DNA of 63,555 nucleotides, the filler included, from Octopus bimaculoides (taxonomy: Eukaryota): assembly GCF_001194135.2 (NCBI RefSeq). It is 6 parts of 6 records of this genome, joined end to end, with 100 filler letters (N's around TTAATTAATTAA, not from the genome) between each part and the next. Parts side by side here need not be neighbours in the genome. Positions count along the whole stretch, not along the records: positions 24,660 to 33,601 come from NC_069005.1; positions 33,702 to 35,798 come from NW_026436570.1; positions 35,899 to 61,968 come from NC_068989.1; 3 more parts are not named here. One strand, given 5' to 3'. This document shows, piece by piece, positions 27,101 to 40,815 of the stretch. Every line of letters starts with the position of its first letter. Position 1 is the stretch's first letter. The notes under the pieces are model-generated. The model worked only from the letters and a program-made list of their open reading frames with translations. It was not told where the DNA came from and did not search any database. Made by a program: the position numbers and the translations under genes.

Positions 27101-27543
27101 AAGCTTTTCCCTTTCAATGTTTTGTTGATAAGCTTTGTTTGACGTAGATCCTTTTCCGATCACTAACCTTGTGTTATTTCCGATTGGTGGCAGTGGTGGT
27201 GGTGGCAGTGGTGGTGGTGGTCGTCGTCGTCGTCGTTGCCGTGTTCGTGGTGGCCATGGTGGTGGCGATATAAAGACAATGCCATTGTCTCCCTCTTAAT
27301 GTTTGTGCCACCACCTCTTGTGACTAGAGGCGCGAATACACACACACACATGCATACACATGCATACACATGCGTATACACACACAAGAATTCATTTTTC
27401 AAAACAAAACAAGAAGTCACTTTTGTTTGTAAAACAGAAATTATTACAAGTACCTGCATTCATGCATACGTATGCGTATATATATCATGGATGTATATCT
27501 GTGTATGTATGCATGCATGTATACACACACACATAATTATATA

Positions 27544-27601
<58 letters not shown>

Positions 27602-28556
27602 NNNNNNNNNNNNNNNNNNNNNNNNNNNNNNNNNNNNNNNNNNNNNNNNNNNNNNNNNNNNNNNNNNNNNNNNNNNNNNNNNNNNNNNNNNNNNNNNNNN
27701 NNNNNNNNNNNNNNNNNNNNNNNNNNNNNNNNNNNNNNNNNNNNNNNNNNNNNNNNNNNNNNNNNNNNNNNNNNNNNNNNNNNNNNNNNNNNNNNNNNNN
27801 NNNNNNNNNNNNNNNNNNNNNNNNNNNNNNNNNNNNNNNNNNNNNNNNNNNNNNNNNNNNNNNNNNNNNNNNNNNNNNNNNNNNNNNNNNNNNNNNNNNN
27901 NNNNNNNNNNNNNNNNNNNNNNNNNNNNNNNNNNNNNNNNNNNNNNNNNNNNNNNNNNNNNNNNNNNNNNNNNNNNNNNNNNNNNNNNNNNNNNNNNNNN
28001 NNNNNNNNNNNNNNNNNNNNNNNNNNNNNNNNNNNNNNNNNNNNNNNNNNNNNNNNNNNNNNNNNNNNNNNNNNNNNNNNNNNNNNNNNNNNNNNNNNNN
28101 NNNNNNNNNNNNNNNNNNNNNNNNNNNNNNNNNNNNNNNNNNNNNNNNNNNNNNNNNNNNNNNNNNNNNNNNNNNNNNNNNNNNNNNNNNNNNNNNNNNN
28201 NNNNNNNNNNNNNNNNNNNNNNNNNNNNNNNNNNNNNNNNNNNNNNNNNNNNNNNNNNNNNNNNNNNNNNNNNNNNNNNNNNNNNNNNNNNNNNNNNNNN
28301 NNNNNNNNNNNNNNNNNNNNNNNNNNNNNNNNNNNNNNNNNNNNNNNNNNNNNNNNNNNNNNNNNNNNNNNNNNNNNNNNNNNNNNNNNNNNNNNNNNNN
28401 NNNNNNNNNNNNNNNNNNNNNNNNNNNNNNNGCATCCTCGTTACACAACAAAAGCCATTGCCAAGAAGACTTACTGAAATGATTCATGATTGTTGCCATG
28501 TGATGCCCTTATATGACTTTTAAGCCCGGCCAAGATTTTACACCTGTTATTACATA

Positions 28557-28568
28557 CTAGACAACTGT

Positions 28569-28604
<36 letters not shown>

Positions 28605-29040
28605 GCAGCCAGGAGAAACAGGTGCCACCATATGCACTCTCTTAACATGTCTTTTTAGACCTCCAACTGAGAGGCACACCCTTCCACATGTTACACATGT
28701 TCTGTTGTGAATTTTAATAGTCACATCACTGTTTATCATCATTGTGCACCTCCGTGCACAAACCACACACATAAAAAGCAATACTCTCTCACTTTCCACA
28801 GGTTCCCCCCTTCTAAGCCCCCTCCTACTTCTCTCATACTTCACTCTCTCCTTCTCAAACCTTGAACAACCATCATGTACTATCTTCCTCACGGTCTTGT
28901 GCTTCCCTCTCACAATCACCAGCTGCAGTTCCTGTCTTAGAGTATTTTTAAGGCAATCCTTAAACCTTAGTTTAGGCTTATGCGTTGGTCCCCTGCCATC
29001 TTCCAGCTCACCATACAACAGCTGCTAGGGCAGTCGCTCA
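28557..29040 (-). mobile_element. RTE-clade LINE 3' end with C-terminal zinc-finger-like motifs
   Basis: YGELEDGRGPTHKPKLRFKDCLKNTL followed by CVTCGRVCLSVGGLKRHVKRVH. Confidence 0.8.
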
Positions 29041-29510
29041 TCATTCATCTTTACCAAATGTCCCCCACCTCAAATGTCTTTGCGAAATCGTTGACTCTGT
29101 ACTTCTACTACTACTCCTCTCAAGCACCTCCACATTGCTAATGGCCATATTCCAGTTTATCCCCCAAATTTTTACACACACACACACACACACACATAGA
29201 CATATATGCAAATATGTGGGTGTATGCAAGTGTATATGAGTATGTGTCTATGTGTGTGTGTATATGTCAGTCATTAAGATGGAGTGCTTCTTGTGGTTAT
29301 GAGTTCTTTTAACTCTTATTTCTAGCAACACTGGGGCTGGTTAATCCCTCAGTCACTTTCGTGACGTATATATTTCTGCTTTTCGGTTGTAAAATTGCAA
29401 ACAAGCCACCCTTATTATACAGGTGCAGACATGGCTGTATAGTAAGGAGCTTGCTTACCAACACATGGTTCCGGGTTCAGTCCCACTGCGTGGCACCTTA
29501 GGCAAGTGTC

Positions 29511-30555
29511 GGATCTAGTCTTTTTCATTCGCAAAATAAGCCCCCTTTAATTTTGCTCAGATTGCTTTCAATTTTGCTGTATCGATGCAACTCTGAATTT
29601 TGATTACGATCAATCAATTATTTCATCTCGTAATTAAAATTTGGGAATTTGAGTAATTTAGCCAATCAACAGACAGCGAAACATTAACAGCTTATTATCC
29701 TGACAACCGCATGTTCTGTTGATTCTTCACACCACGAGATTTACTTCACCCGCGTGTTTTGTTTTAATAAAAATTTATATCCATCAATTAGAATTTTATT
29801 ATAGAGACAGACGCCCCCTTTTCACACACACATGCACTTATATATTAATGATGTACACAAACATGTGACAGGTATACATAATACTGAAATACGCACTAAG
29901 TATACACATCCAGACAAATATATCAATATAAAAAATTTTAAAATATAATGAAAATATACAATCAGTTAAGAGACAAAAGGAACAGTAAGATGATACATTT
30001 TGATTTTATTAGGTATTTCTGTTTATTTAGAAACCGACAATGAACAGGTCATTTCACAGACGCTAAACTATAAATTTCACAGGGTACAACCTTAAAGTTG
30101 ACACCACTTCGCTAAACGCAAGAAATTTCTGTCTCGCTATCGGCGAAATATACAGAGTTTTCTCGGTTTTTAAACCTCTGTAATTCCTCCAATCTTTTTC
30201 TCAACCACATCATACCTTCATAGCATTTAGACTGGAAAACTATAATATTATAGAAAGTTAAATGATTTTTTTAAAAGTCTCAATCGCAGAATAATGCTAA
30301 TAATATAGCCTGAACAGGATAAACTACCCCTATTTTGCAGAGAAAAGTGTAGGTGGCTAGCTGTGGACTCAAACTCACATCCCCATGATTTCATGTCACG
30401 ATGCTTTGACCGATTAAGCTAAACTACCCACTACAAATTCCTCTGCAAATTAAGATATATAAATCTCGCTTTATTATAATATTATAGCCGAATTTAGGAT
30501 TTTTTTACTCTCTTTTAAAAAAATGCATATTTGGTGAATGAAAAAAACTAGATCC
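29511..30555. mobile_element. Non-autonomous TIR DNA transposon (Merlin-like) inserted in a SINE
   Basis: 28-bp TIRs beginning GGATCTAGT (25/28 identical). 8-bp TSD CAAGTGTC at 29503-29510 and 30556-30563. The host SINE resumes after the right TSD. Confidence 0.85.
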
Positions 30556-31080
30556 CAAGTGTCTTCTACTATGGCATCGGGCCGACCAAAGCCTTNNNNN
30601 NNNNNNNNNNNNNNNNNNNNNNNNNNNNNNNNNNNNNNNNNNNNNNNNNNNNNNNNNNNNNNNNNNNNNNNNNNNNNNNNNNNNNNNNNNNNNNNNNNNN
30701 NNNNNNNNNNNNNNNNNNNNNNNNNNNNNNNNNNNNNNNNNNNNNNNNNNNNNNNNNNNNNNNNNNNNNNNNNNNNNNNNNNNNNNNNNNNNNNNNNNNN
30801 NNNNNNNNNNNNNNNATATTTGTGTATGTGTGTGTATGTGTATGTGTGTGTGGTGCCTTTCAGGATTTATTTAAGTAGGTACTTTTTGTGGTTTATCATG
30901 TGGAGACTTCAGGTTGAGCACTAACCAAAGTGACAATGCTCTTTTGTGTCACTTGAGGGGTTGTAGTAATCTGAATCATCCGATGCATAGATCTATACAT
31001 AAATCTATTGTTATGCTTGGGGATGGTCATCTTTTTGCCAATTAAACCTACGCAGTACGTATCTGATCATCACTTCAGTT

Positions 31081-31418
31081 TTATTATGACCTCCATGTTT
31101 GCGAATGCGGAGGTATTGTTTTCAATCAGGTTTGTTTGTTTGTCCGTGGGCAAGATATCTCTGGATGGATTCAGATGAGACTTTCAGGGATGCTTGGCCT
31201 TGTGACTGGTACGAACTAATTAAGGTTTTGGGATAGATCCGGTAGCGGACAAGGATTCTGGATAATTTTTCTTGGTCGGGTTCATTTTTAGTATTCTCAT
31301 TTGTGAGAGCAGTTGAGTTTATTTCAGATACTCTCATTTTAAAAATCCTCTCTGGCTAATCGTTGAGAGCGCGTTGGTGTTGCCCTGGCGAAGGTTTGCG
31401 CTCTCTGAGTGCACTTGT
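31081..31418 (+). mobile_element. Helentron-associated non-autonomous element (HINE/DINE-like)
   Basis: 5' hairpin ACCTCC..GGAGGT, (GTTT)n core, and 3' subterminal GGCGAAGGT..GCGCTCTCTGAGTGC. This layout is typical of HINEs. Confidence 0.55.
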
Positions 31419-33553
31419 TATCATTATTTCCAAAGGCGAAGGCGGCTAGCTGGCAGAAACGTTAGCACGTTGGGCGAAGTCAAGCATTTCGTCCAGCGTG
31501 CTAACGATTCTTTTCTATTCTAGGCACAAGGTCCAAGATTTTGGGGGAGAGGGTCAGTTGATTAGATCGACCCCAGTGCGTAACTGGTATTTAATTTTNN
31601 NNNNNNNNNNNNNNNNNNNNNNNNNNNNNNNNNNNNNNNNNNNNNNNNNNNNNNNNNNNNNNNNNNNNNNNNNNNNNNNNNNNNNNNNNNNNNNNNNNNN
31701 NNNNNNNNNNNNNNNNNNNNNNNNNNNNNNNNNNNNNNNNNNNNNNNNNNNNNNNNNNNNNNNNNNNNNNNNNNNNNNNNNNNNNNNNNNNNNNNNNNNN
31801 NNNNNNNNNNNNNNNNNNNNNNNNNNNNNNNNNNNNNNNNNNNNNNNNNNNNNNNNNNNNNNNNNNNNNNNNNNNNNNNNNNNNNNNNNNNNNNNNNNNN
31901 NNNNNNNNNNNNNNNNNNNNNNNNNNNNNNNNNNNNNNNNNNNNNNNNNNNNNNNNNNNNNNNNNNNNNNNNNNNNNNNNNNNNNNNNNNNNNNNNNNNN
32001 NNNNNNNNNNNNNNNNNNNNNNNNNNNNNNNNNNNNNNNNNNNNNNNNNNNNNNNNNNNNNNNNNNNNNNNNNNNNNNNNNNNNNNNNNNNNNNNNNNNN
32101 NNNNNNNNNNNNNNNNNNNNNNNNNNNNNNNNNNNNNNNNNNNNNNNNNNNNNNNNNNNNNNNNNNNNNNNNNNNNNNNNNNNNNNNNNNNNNNNNNNNN
32201 NNNNNNNNNNNNNNNNNNNNNNNNNNNNNNNNNNNNNNNNNNNNNNNNNNNNNNNNNNNNNNNNNNNNNNNNNNNNNNNNNNNNNNNNNNNNNNNNNNNN
32301 NNNNNNNNNNNNNNNNNNNNNNNNNNNNNNNNNNNNNNNNNNNNNNNNNNNNNNNNNNNNNNNNNNNNNNNNNNNNNNNNNNNNNNNNNNNNNNNNNNNN
32401 NNNNNNNNNNNNNNNNNNNNNNNNNNNNNNNNNNNNNNNNNNNNNNNNNNNNNNNNNNNNNNNNNNNNNNNNNNNNNNNATATATATATATATATATATA
32501 TATACATTACATACATACATTTCGATCTACCTATATATACATGACGGGCTTCTTTCAGTTTCCATCAACTAAATCTACTGACAAATCTACTGACTGAAAC
32601 AAGTAAAAGAGAAAATATAAAGAGAGGGCCATAGATTAGGCTTACAACTAAAAAATGATAATAATAAATAAATAAAATAAAATGAATAACAGGTACTGAC
32701 AGTCTTCCATACAGTTTCCGTTCGTCAAATTTCATACACGTGGCTTTGGTCGAGCTTTGGGTGAGTATGAAAGAAAGCACTCGTTGGAAGGTGCTAGGCA
32801 GTAAGATTGAACACGCGTTGAAAGAATGGTGCCGTGCGATGGACTTGAACTCAAGACGGCGTAATAATTCATAAGACAAGAAAGAAAGAAAGAAACAAAC
32901 AAACAAACAAACAAACAAACAAACAAACAAACAAACAAACAAACAAACAAACAAACAAACAGTTGCTGATTGTTCCTGTTTTTTTTTTTTTTCTTGAGAA
33001 ATTTGTTATCGGGTTCGTAATAGTTAAAATATTCATAATGCTAAAAAAAAAGCTGTAAGAACAAATAAAAGCTTACATACACATCTTTCGTCCAATGGCT
33101 GGACGCTTGCAAACATAACAGGAAACAGTGTCAAAGTGGGTCAAATCTCTTATATTACGTCTACATCGAGATCAATTATGGAAACAATTTGATCTGACAA
33201 CAATCCTTTCATTTCGAGATCGGAATTCATTGGAACCAGTTGGTCCTAATTCCCATATACGAGATCTTATGCTAGAGTCTTTGGATCTTTTTTAAAACGG
33301 GGGCCACATTTTTCATTAATGTTTTACGTAGTGCTTTTGGTACCGAAAGACTTTCAAACTTCGTATACTTATCTATTTTGTGTTATAGAACAGAAAAATA
33401 TTTTTGTATTCGAATTTATTTCATGTAAAAAATTGTCTTATTTCGATAATTTCAACCAATCACTGACGTCCATTCAGCCGATATACATTAAGTGCCGACT
33501 ACATAAACAAACGATTCTTCGTTTTATTTGCTTTTTTCATTTTAAATTTGCTT

Positions 33554-33600
33554 TAACCCTAACCCTAACCCTAACCCTAACCCTAACCCTAACCCTAACT
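33554..33600 (-). repeat. Interstitial telomere-type (TTAGGG)n array
   Basis: Seven perfect TAACCC units plus TAACT on the + strand, ending at an N-linker. Confidence 0.9.
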
Positions 33601-35476
33601 CNNNNNNNNNNNNNNNNNNNNNNNNNNNNNNNNNNNNNNNNNNNNTTAATTAATTAANNNNNNNNNNNNNNNNNNNNNNNNNNNNNNNNNNNNNNNNNNN
33701 NGTTCACTGACAAAATTGTGCTGCATCTGAGAAAGTAACAGTTAGTTCATGGTATATATGTACGTATGTATGTATGTAGGTGTAGTGATGGATAAGCGTA
33801 TATGCGTGTATACTTTAAGATTATACGTATATTTGTGAGTGTGTGTGAGTGTCAATATGATTGTGTGTACTTGTATATATGTATAAGCAAGGTTATATAT
33901 GTGCATATATGTATCTAAGACGTTGTATCCATTCACCGTTAGACGGTGGTGAGAGGGACAAACGCACACACATACATATATGTGTTTACATATGTGTATA
34001 TGCATATGTATATGTATGTTTATATACAACCTTCAACAAAGTAACAGTCATGTATACAACTTGAACTGACGCACATATCAGTACATAAACATACGTTCAC
34101 ATGTACATACATATGTACACACACAAACACGTCTACACACTTACCCTATTACTCACGTACATCCATAAGTACATACGTGCATACTCACATACATACATAT
34201 ACATATATACATACATGCGTATAGGCATGCACACATGCATACGCATGTACACAGACGCATACGCGCACACATGTACACGCACATACATACATACATACAT
34301 ACATACATACATACATACATACATACGTACGTACATATATACNNNNNNNNNNNNNNNNNNNNNNNNNNNNNNNNNNNNNNNNNNNNNNNNNNNNNNNNNN
34401 NNNNNNNNNNNNNNNNNNNNNNNNNNNNNNNNNNNNNNNNNNNNNNNNNNNNNNNNNNNNNNNNNNNNNNNNNNNNNNNNNNNNNNNNNNNNNNNNNNNN
34501 NNNNNNNNNNNNNNNNNNNNNNNNNNNNNNNNNNNNNNNNNNNNNNNNNNNNNNNNNNNNNNNNNNNNNNNNNNNNNNNNNNNNNNNNNNNNNNNNNNNN
34601 NNNNNNNNNNNNNNNNNNNNNNNNNNNNNNNNNNNNNNNNNNNNNNNNNNNNNNNNNNNNNNNNNNNNNNNNNNNNNNNNNNNNNNNNNNNNNNNNNNNN
34701 NNNNNNNNNNNNNNNNNNNNNNNNNNNNNNNNNNNNNNNNNNNNNNNNNNNNNNNNNNNNNNNNNNNNNNNNNNNNNNNNNNNNNNNNNNNNNNNNNNNN
34801 NNNNNNNNNNNNNNNNNNNNNNNNNNNNNNNNNNNNNNNNNNNNNNNNNNNNNNNNNNNNNNNNNNNNNNNNNNNNNNNNNNNNNNNNNNNNNNNNNNNN
34901 NNNNNNNNNNNNNNNNNNNNNNNNNNNNNNNNNNNNNNNNNNNNNNNNNNNNNNNNNNNNNNNNNNNNNNNNNNNNNNNNNNNNNNNNNNNNNNNNNNNN
35001 NNNNNNNNNNNNNNNNNNNNNNNNNNNNNNNNNNNNNNNNNNNNNNNNNNNNNNNNNNNNNNNNNNNNNNNNNNNNNNNNNNNNNNNNNNNNNNNNNNNN
35101 NNNNNNNNNNNNNNNNNNNNNNNNNNNNNNNNNNNNNNNNNNNNNNNNNTTAAAATGCATATCTACATTCTTTGATGATAAATTATATTTAAAGTATAAA
35201 GCTTTGTATGAACTTTGTATTGTTACATACTGATTATCACACATTCTCTGATATTAAAATGAAAATGTTAAAAACAGTGTATGAAAATACACATATGGAA
35301 AAATACATATACATATTCTTATACATATTCTTTGACAATCGAATAAAGTTGAGGAGGAACTGACCTGGCTTTTTTCTCTTGTGTATATTGAGGGAATGTT
35401 TTACTGTCTTAAGAGACAGTATGACTGGCTAGCTGGGGTGGGAGGGAAGAAGAGTTAAAAAGGATTTTTTAAATTT

Positions 35477-35523
<47 letters not shown>

Positions 35524-36245
35524 AAGCACTGGAATAAGTATAAAATATTTATAAATTTATAAAATATTCATTTCAAGATTACTAGATTGGAACTATCACG
35601 ACAGGATATTGAAACCCTAACCAAGATCTTTAGCTCTAGTTAAATATATCGACGGCTAGGTAGTTAGAAAGATCAATAGACAAAAGCATGCGAATTCACA
35701 AACTTGCATATACAAACACAGAAGTACACCCTCAGGCACTAAACACAGACACACACATACATGCACACACATACATACATACATACATACATACATACNN
35801 NNNNNNNNNNNNNNNNNNNNNNNNNNNNNNNNNNNNNNNNNNTTAATTAATTAANNNNNNNNNNNNNNNNNNNNNNNNNNNNNNNNNNNNNNNNNNNNCT
35901 TGAAGCCACCATACCACCACTCCCACCCTCTGCATGTTGATCTCAATTATTTCTGAGACAAGATACACCCTGCTACCACTACCGCCGCCACCACCTCCAA
36001 CCATTTTCATCTCTTCATCTAAAACAAGATACCTATTTCCTCCATAATAACTATGTCCAATTCTTCCCCAAGGTAAGGTGAGACAAATTACCTGGCAACA
36101 GGCTAGTTTCTGTACATCATCAGAGTCCAGCTGTTAACGAAGCTGAGATGAAGTGAAAAGCAATTAATTCAGCAATTAAGACAGAGTATTTAGTTTATAT
36201 GTTTCGATACAGTTTGTTTTTATTTTATTTTTGATTATTTTAATT

Positions 36246-36385
36246 GTACATTATGTACATTATTTCCATTATTTACATTTGACGGATATTTGTCCTCATC
36301 CTGTTTGTTGTTAACACACCGTTTCGGCTGATACACCCTCCAGCCTTCATCAGGTGTCTTGGGGGGAAAATTTCAAAACTGGGTT
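36246..36385 (-). mobile_element. 5'-truncated copy of the hammerhead-bearing element
   Basis: Reverse complement GACAC CTGATGA AGGCTG GAGGGTGTAT CAGCC GAAAC GGT GTGTT at 36358-36313, plus the family tail. Confidence 0.75.
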
Positions 36386-36965
36386 CTTAATTTATCGACC
36401 CCGAAAGAATGAAAGGCAAAGTTGTCATCGGTGGAATTTGAACTCAGAACATAAAAATGGACAAACTGCTGTTGAGAATTTTGCCCAGCATTTCTAACGA
36501 TTCTGCCAGCTCACCACCAAATTCTTACAAATTATTCTTTCTACTATAGGCACAAGGCCTGGAAATTTTGGGGAGGGAGCCAGTCGATTAGGCACCAGTA
36601 TGCAACTGGTACTTAATTTATCGACCTTAAAAGGATGAAAGGCAAAGTAAACCTTGGCAGAATTTGAACTCAGAACTTAAAGACAGACGAAATACCGCTA
36701 AGCATTTCGCCTGGCATGCTAACATTTCTGCCAGCTCACCGCCTTAAAATATTCTTTTCTACCCTACGCACAAGGCTCAAAATTTTATGGGAGAGGGCCA
36801 ATCGATTAAATCAACCCCAGTATGCAACTGGTATTTAATTTATCGGCCCCAAAATGATGAAAGGCAAAGTCGACCTCGGTGGAATTTGAACTCAGAACGT
36901 AACGGCAGACGAAATACCAATGAGCATTTCGCCCAGTGTGCTAATGATTCTGCCAGCTTACGACC
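36386..36965 (-). mobile_element. Three head-to-tail SINE family B copies (others at 10860-11230, 24075-24290, 40200-40405)
   Basis: Repeated ATTTATCGACC..GGATGAAAGGCAAAGT..GAATTTGAACTCAGAAC..CTGCCAGCT blocks. Confidence 0.8.
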
Positions 36966-38007
36966 AAATTTCTTATATATTATTAACAGATTTATTCTCA
37001 GTTGAAATCTGACCAATGTTGACATTTCACTCATGAATAGGGGTGGTGGTGGTAGTGGTGGTGGTGGTAGTGATGGTGGTGGTGGTGGTGGTGGAGTGTA
37101 CAAATATGAAAAACAAAAATGAATCAGAAATAAAGCTGAAGTTGATTCAATTAACTAAGTTCTTCTCATAAAAAAAATAAAAATAATAATAATAACCATG
37201 TACCTAAGAAATCAATAATAATAATAATGATAATGAAAACAAAATAATTTGTATTCTATAACGAGAACATTTAATTGTTTGCAAATGTCTTTTGTTTATT
37301 TGCTTGTTTAATTAATTATTTTTTTTTTTTTTGTTGTTGTTTTTTTCAATCTTTTCATGCTATTGTTATTGAGAAAAGATATTTGTAACTAGTGTGCTCT
37401 ATGGTGCAGCATCATCATCATCATCCTGATGATGCTGTATTCTGTGATGTAAAATGACTGAGAGCTTAATTCATCACCAGAATAACGCATGACAAGGCAC
37501 CTTCAGTGCACTTATTTGCAGCGTTTGAATGTTATTGTATTGTCTAAAACTAAACATTTGATGCACTTTAATAAATTTTTACATGCTGTTGCATTTTGCG
37601 GTGAAGCTGTAACTGGTGCACTTTTTTTACTTTTTTGAAACAATAATATCAACATTTTCTTTCTCTTTTTTTTCATCCCCACCAACATCCCCACCATCAT
37701 CATCATTGTTTAATGTCCACTTTTTCAAGTTTGCATGGTTCAAATGGAATTTATTGAGGTAGATATATATTCTACAGCTGGATGCTCTTCCTGCTGTCAG
37801 TCCTTGCCTATTTCCAAGGACTGACAGTGCACTTCACTAGCATAGCTCTTGACCAATGAGTCACACTGGCTACTACACCACAAGGACTATACCTTGTGGT
37901 CAAGACTCTGCTGGAGGATGAATTACTCCCTTTCTCTCACCAGTCTCATGGCTAATGTGGCAACTGCTTAAACTAGGCAATGAATTAAATCACTCTCCCA
38001 AGAACAG

Positions 38008-38346
38008 TGAAGGCACATGGCTCAGTGGTTAGAGCATCGAGCTTGCAATCATGAGGCTGTGAGTTCAATTCCCGCACTGGGCTGCATGTTGTGTTCTTGA
38101 GCAAGACACTTTATTTCATGCTACTCCAGTTCATTCAGTAGAAATGAGTTGTGACATCATTAGTACCAAGCTGTATCAGCCCCTTTGCCCTTCCCTTAGA
38201 TAACACCGGTGGCGTAGAAAGAGGAGACCGATCAGCATGGGTGACCGCTGGCATTCCATAAGCAACCTTACTCACACCTGTGCTTCAGCGAGGAACTTTC
38301 TAGATGCAATCCCATGGTCATTCATAACCAAAGGGGGTGTGGAGGT
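38008..38346 (+). mobile_element. tRNA-derived SINE family C with TSD
   Basis: A-box TGGCTCAGTGG, B-box GAGTTCAATTCC, core TTGTGTTCTTGAGCAAGACACTT. Flanks CA(C)(T/C)CTCCCAAGAACAG at 37991-38007 and 38347-38363 match at 16/17. Confidence 0.8.
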
Positions 38347-39654
38347 CACCCTCCCAAGAACAGAAATAGTTACTTCTACAAACTACAAGCTTCCTTACAG
38401 TTTTCACATAGAAAATTAAATTGAAGGCTCTGATAGGAAACGGTTGTTCAAGGTGGTGTGCTGTAAGATTGAACTCAAAGTGTTGTGATTGCAAAGCAAT
38501 CTTCTCAATCGCATGGCCATGTCTCTCAATGCTCACATAAAATGCTGATCATGCACCTACCAACATCTAAACTCTAAACTCATTGCATTTCATCTTAGGA
38601 AATAAAATGATGAAATAACAAAATAAAATAATAATAAAGAAGAGAGATTTCCTGGTGGGAAAACTAAGTAGTTTGTGCAGCATTGAGGTCCTTGTTATCA
38701 TCATCATCAGTATCAACTTCAGCATCATCGCTATCGTCGTCATCATCATCATCATCATCTTCATCATCATCACCTTCATCACCACCACCATCACCTTCAT
38801 CATCACCACCACCATCACCTTCATCATCATCATCATCATCATCACCACCACCACCCTCCCCTCCTTCTCCCCCACTCCTCCTCACTGTATTTTATATTTT
38901 ATCATTACCCTTCTGTTTTTTTTGTCTGTTTTTTTTCTAGCAACGGTCTCTCTCTCACTAAGCTATTTTGTCTTACATAATACAACAATTGGAAAGTATT
39001 GTAGTGCACGTCAGGAGATCAACTTGTAGCTTCATCTCATAAGAAGCAATTATAGGAAAAGGTTATTATATTTTATTTTACATGTGTAGCAGCAGCAGTA
39101 GCAGCACAAGTGGCAGATAAAAGCATTCGAGATAACAGAACGACAACAACAACCACAACAAGAAGAAAAATGTAAAACGACTGACATAACAAAACTGAAA
39201 CAACTGTTATAAAACAATAACAGAAATAAAGACAAAAAAACAACAGTAAAAAATATATATATTTTGGTTGTTCTTTTTTTTTTGTTGAAATCGAAAAATT
39301 TAGAATGTTAGTGTAGCCATAGCAACTGGAGATATCTTCAAAACTAGTTGTCGTAACGAACATTATCGGCACAACTACCACCACCACCACCATCACTGCC
39401 GCTATCACCAGCACCACCATTAATGCAATACTACTGCCAACATTATCACTAACACTAATAAGTCAATTTAAAGCTCGTAAAAGAGTCAACAAATACAGAA
39501 GCGCTGAAGGATTTCTCTGACTTTAAAAAGCAAGGACAAACAGAACTCTGTGGAAGTCAATAACAAACACCATCATGAAGACGGGGATTAAAAGCCTCAT
39601 TGTCATCATTGTCAAATTCCTTGTCATAATAATAATAATAATAATAATAATAAT

Positions 39655-40042
39655 AGAAAAAAATGCTTTCTAATTGATGTATCAATACCAGCAGATGACA
39701 ACGTTTCCCTAAAAGAAATGGAGAAACCTTCAAAATACAAAGACCTGGAAATAGAGGTAATTCGAATGTGGAATCTAAAAACAGAAACAATTCCTATCAT
39801 AGTAGGTGCTTTAGGTATAATGAAAAAATATTCAGACAAATACATAACAAAAACACCAGGACTTACAAATATATATAACATACAGAAAATTATACTACTG
39901 GGCACTGCACACATCCTACGCAAAACACTTTTAATACAGTAACCATAAGAGCATCACAGCAAACCACAGCACATACCCAAGGCGCACAGAGCTGCGCTCG
40001 GTAGTGAAGTGAAAGCACGTTATAAAAATAAAACTACTGAAC
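39655..40042 (+). mobile_element. R4/Dong-clade non-LTR retrotransposon 3' end (RLE endonuclease plus 3' UTR) between (TAA)n tracts
   Basis: LIDVSIPADDNVSLKEMEKPSKYKDLEIEVIRMW..IPIIVGALG..GTAHILRKTL. Confidence 0.85.
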
Positions 40043-40489
40043 AATAATAATAATACGGAAGGTGCTCGAAAAATACGAGGTGTTACCTTAGTTCACTGGT
40101 AGGGAACAGCTGACACTGTAATACATCTCCAGCGTTAGAAGCTGTGCAGAGTCAATAATAATAATAATAATAATAATCATCATCATCATCGTAATCCCTT
40201 CTACTTAAGGCACAAAGCTTGAAATTTTGTGGAAGGGATTAAGTTGATTACATCGACCTCAGTGTTTCACTGGTACTTAATTTATCGACTCCGAAAGGAT
40301 GAAAGACAAAGTCGACTTTGGCGGAATTTGAACTCAGAACGTAGTGATGGGCAAAATATTGTAAGCGTTTTGCCTGGCATGCTAAAAATTCTGCCAGCTC
40401 ACCACCTTACTACTACTACTACTACTACTACCACCACTACCACTACTACTACTACTAATAATAATAATAATAATAATAAACGCCCGAAT

Positions 40490-40815
40490 GCAGTACCAGG
40501 CAGTGGCTCTCATGGCTTCTGATCTTAACTGATTGGAAGTGTTATCATGGACATTGTTTTGCCTTGGTATAAAAAAAGATGGGCTTCAGCAAATATTCTG
40601 CTCAATATCAGAGATATACTTGTCAGTGGCTTGACCTTAACCAGTTGAGCATGTCCCTTGGTGGGTGACGATATGTGCATTTCTGATCAAGAACAGGTGT
40701 AGTGGGGAAGCATCATATAGCCATGTGTTGAGAGGAATTCTTCGGAGTTGGAATAACTCACCTCTGGAAACATGGGTGTCTTGTTTAACATCCTTAAAAC
40801 AAACCTTATTCAGGT
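40490..40815 (+). repeat. Unclassified interspersed repeat D following (TAA)n (second copy 53641-53868)
   Basis: Both copies start GCAGTACCAGGCAGTGGCTCTCATGGCTTCTGATCTTAACTGATTGGAAGTG. Confidence 0.7.

Noticed and set aside
26325-28499. ORFs over 250 aa with YIYI/VCVC content
   Set aside because: They are dinucleotide microsatellites plus gaps.
36085-36150. Minus-strand acceptor/donor pair suggesting a small exon (LDSDDVQKLACCQ)
   Set aside because: Its phase and sequence do not continue the LamG domain, and the longer version has stops in all frames.
39313-39326. Second X-box-like 14-mer GTAGCCATAGCAAC
   Set aside because: An isolated intronic match with no promoter context; chance cannot be excluded.
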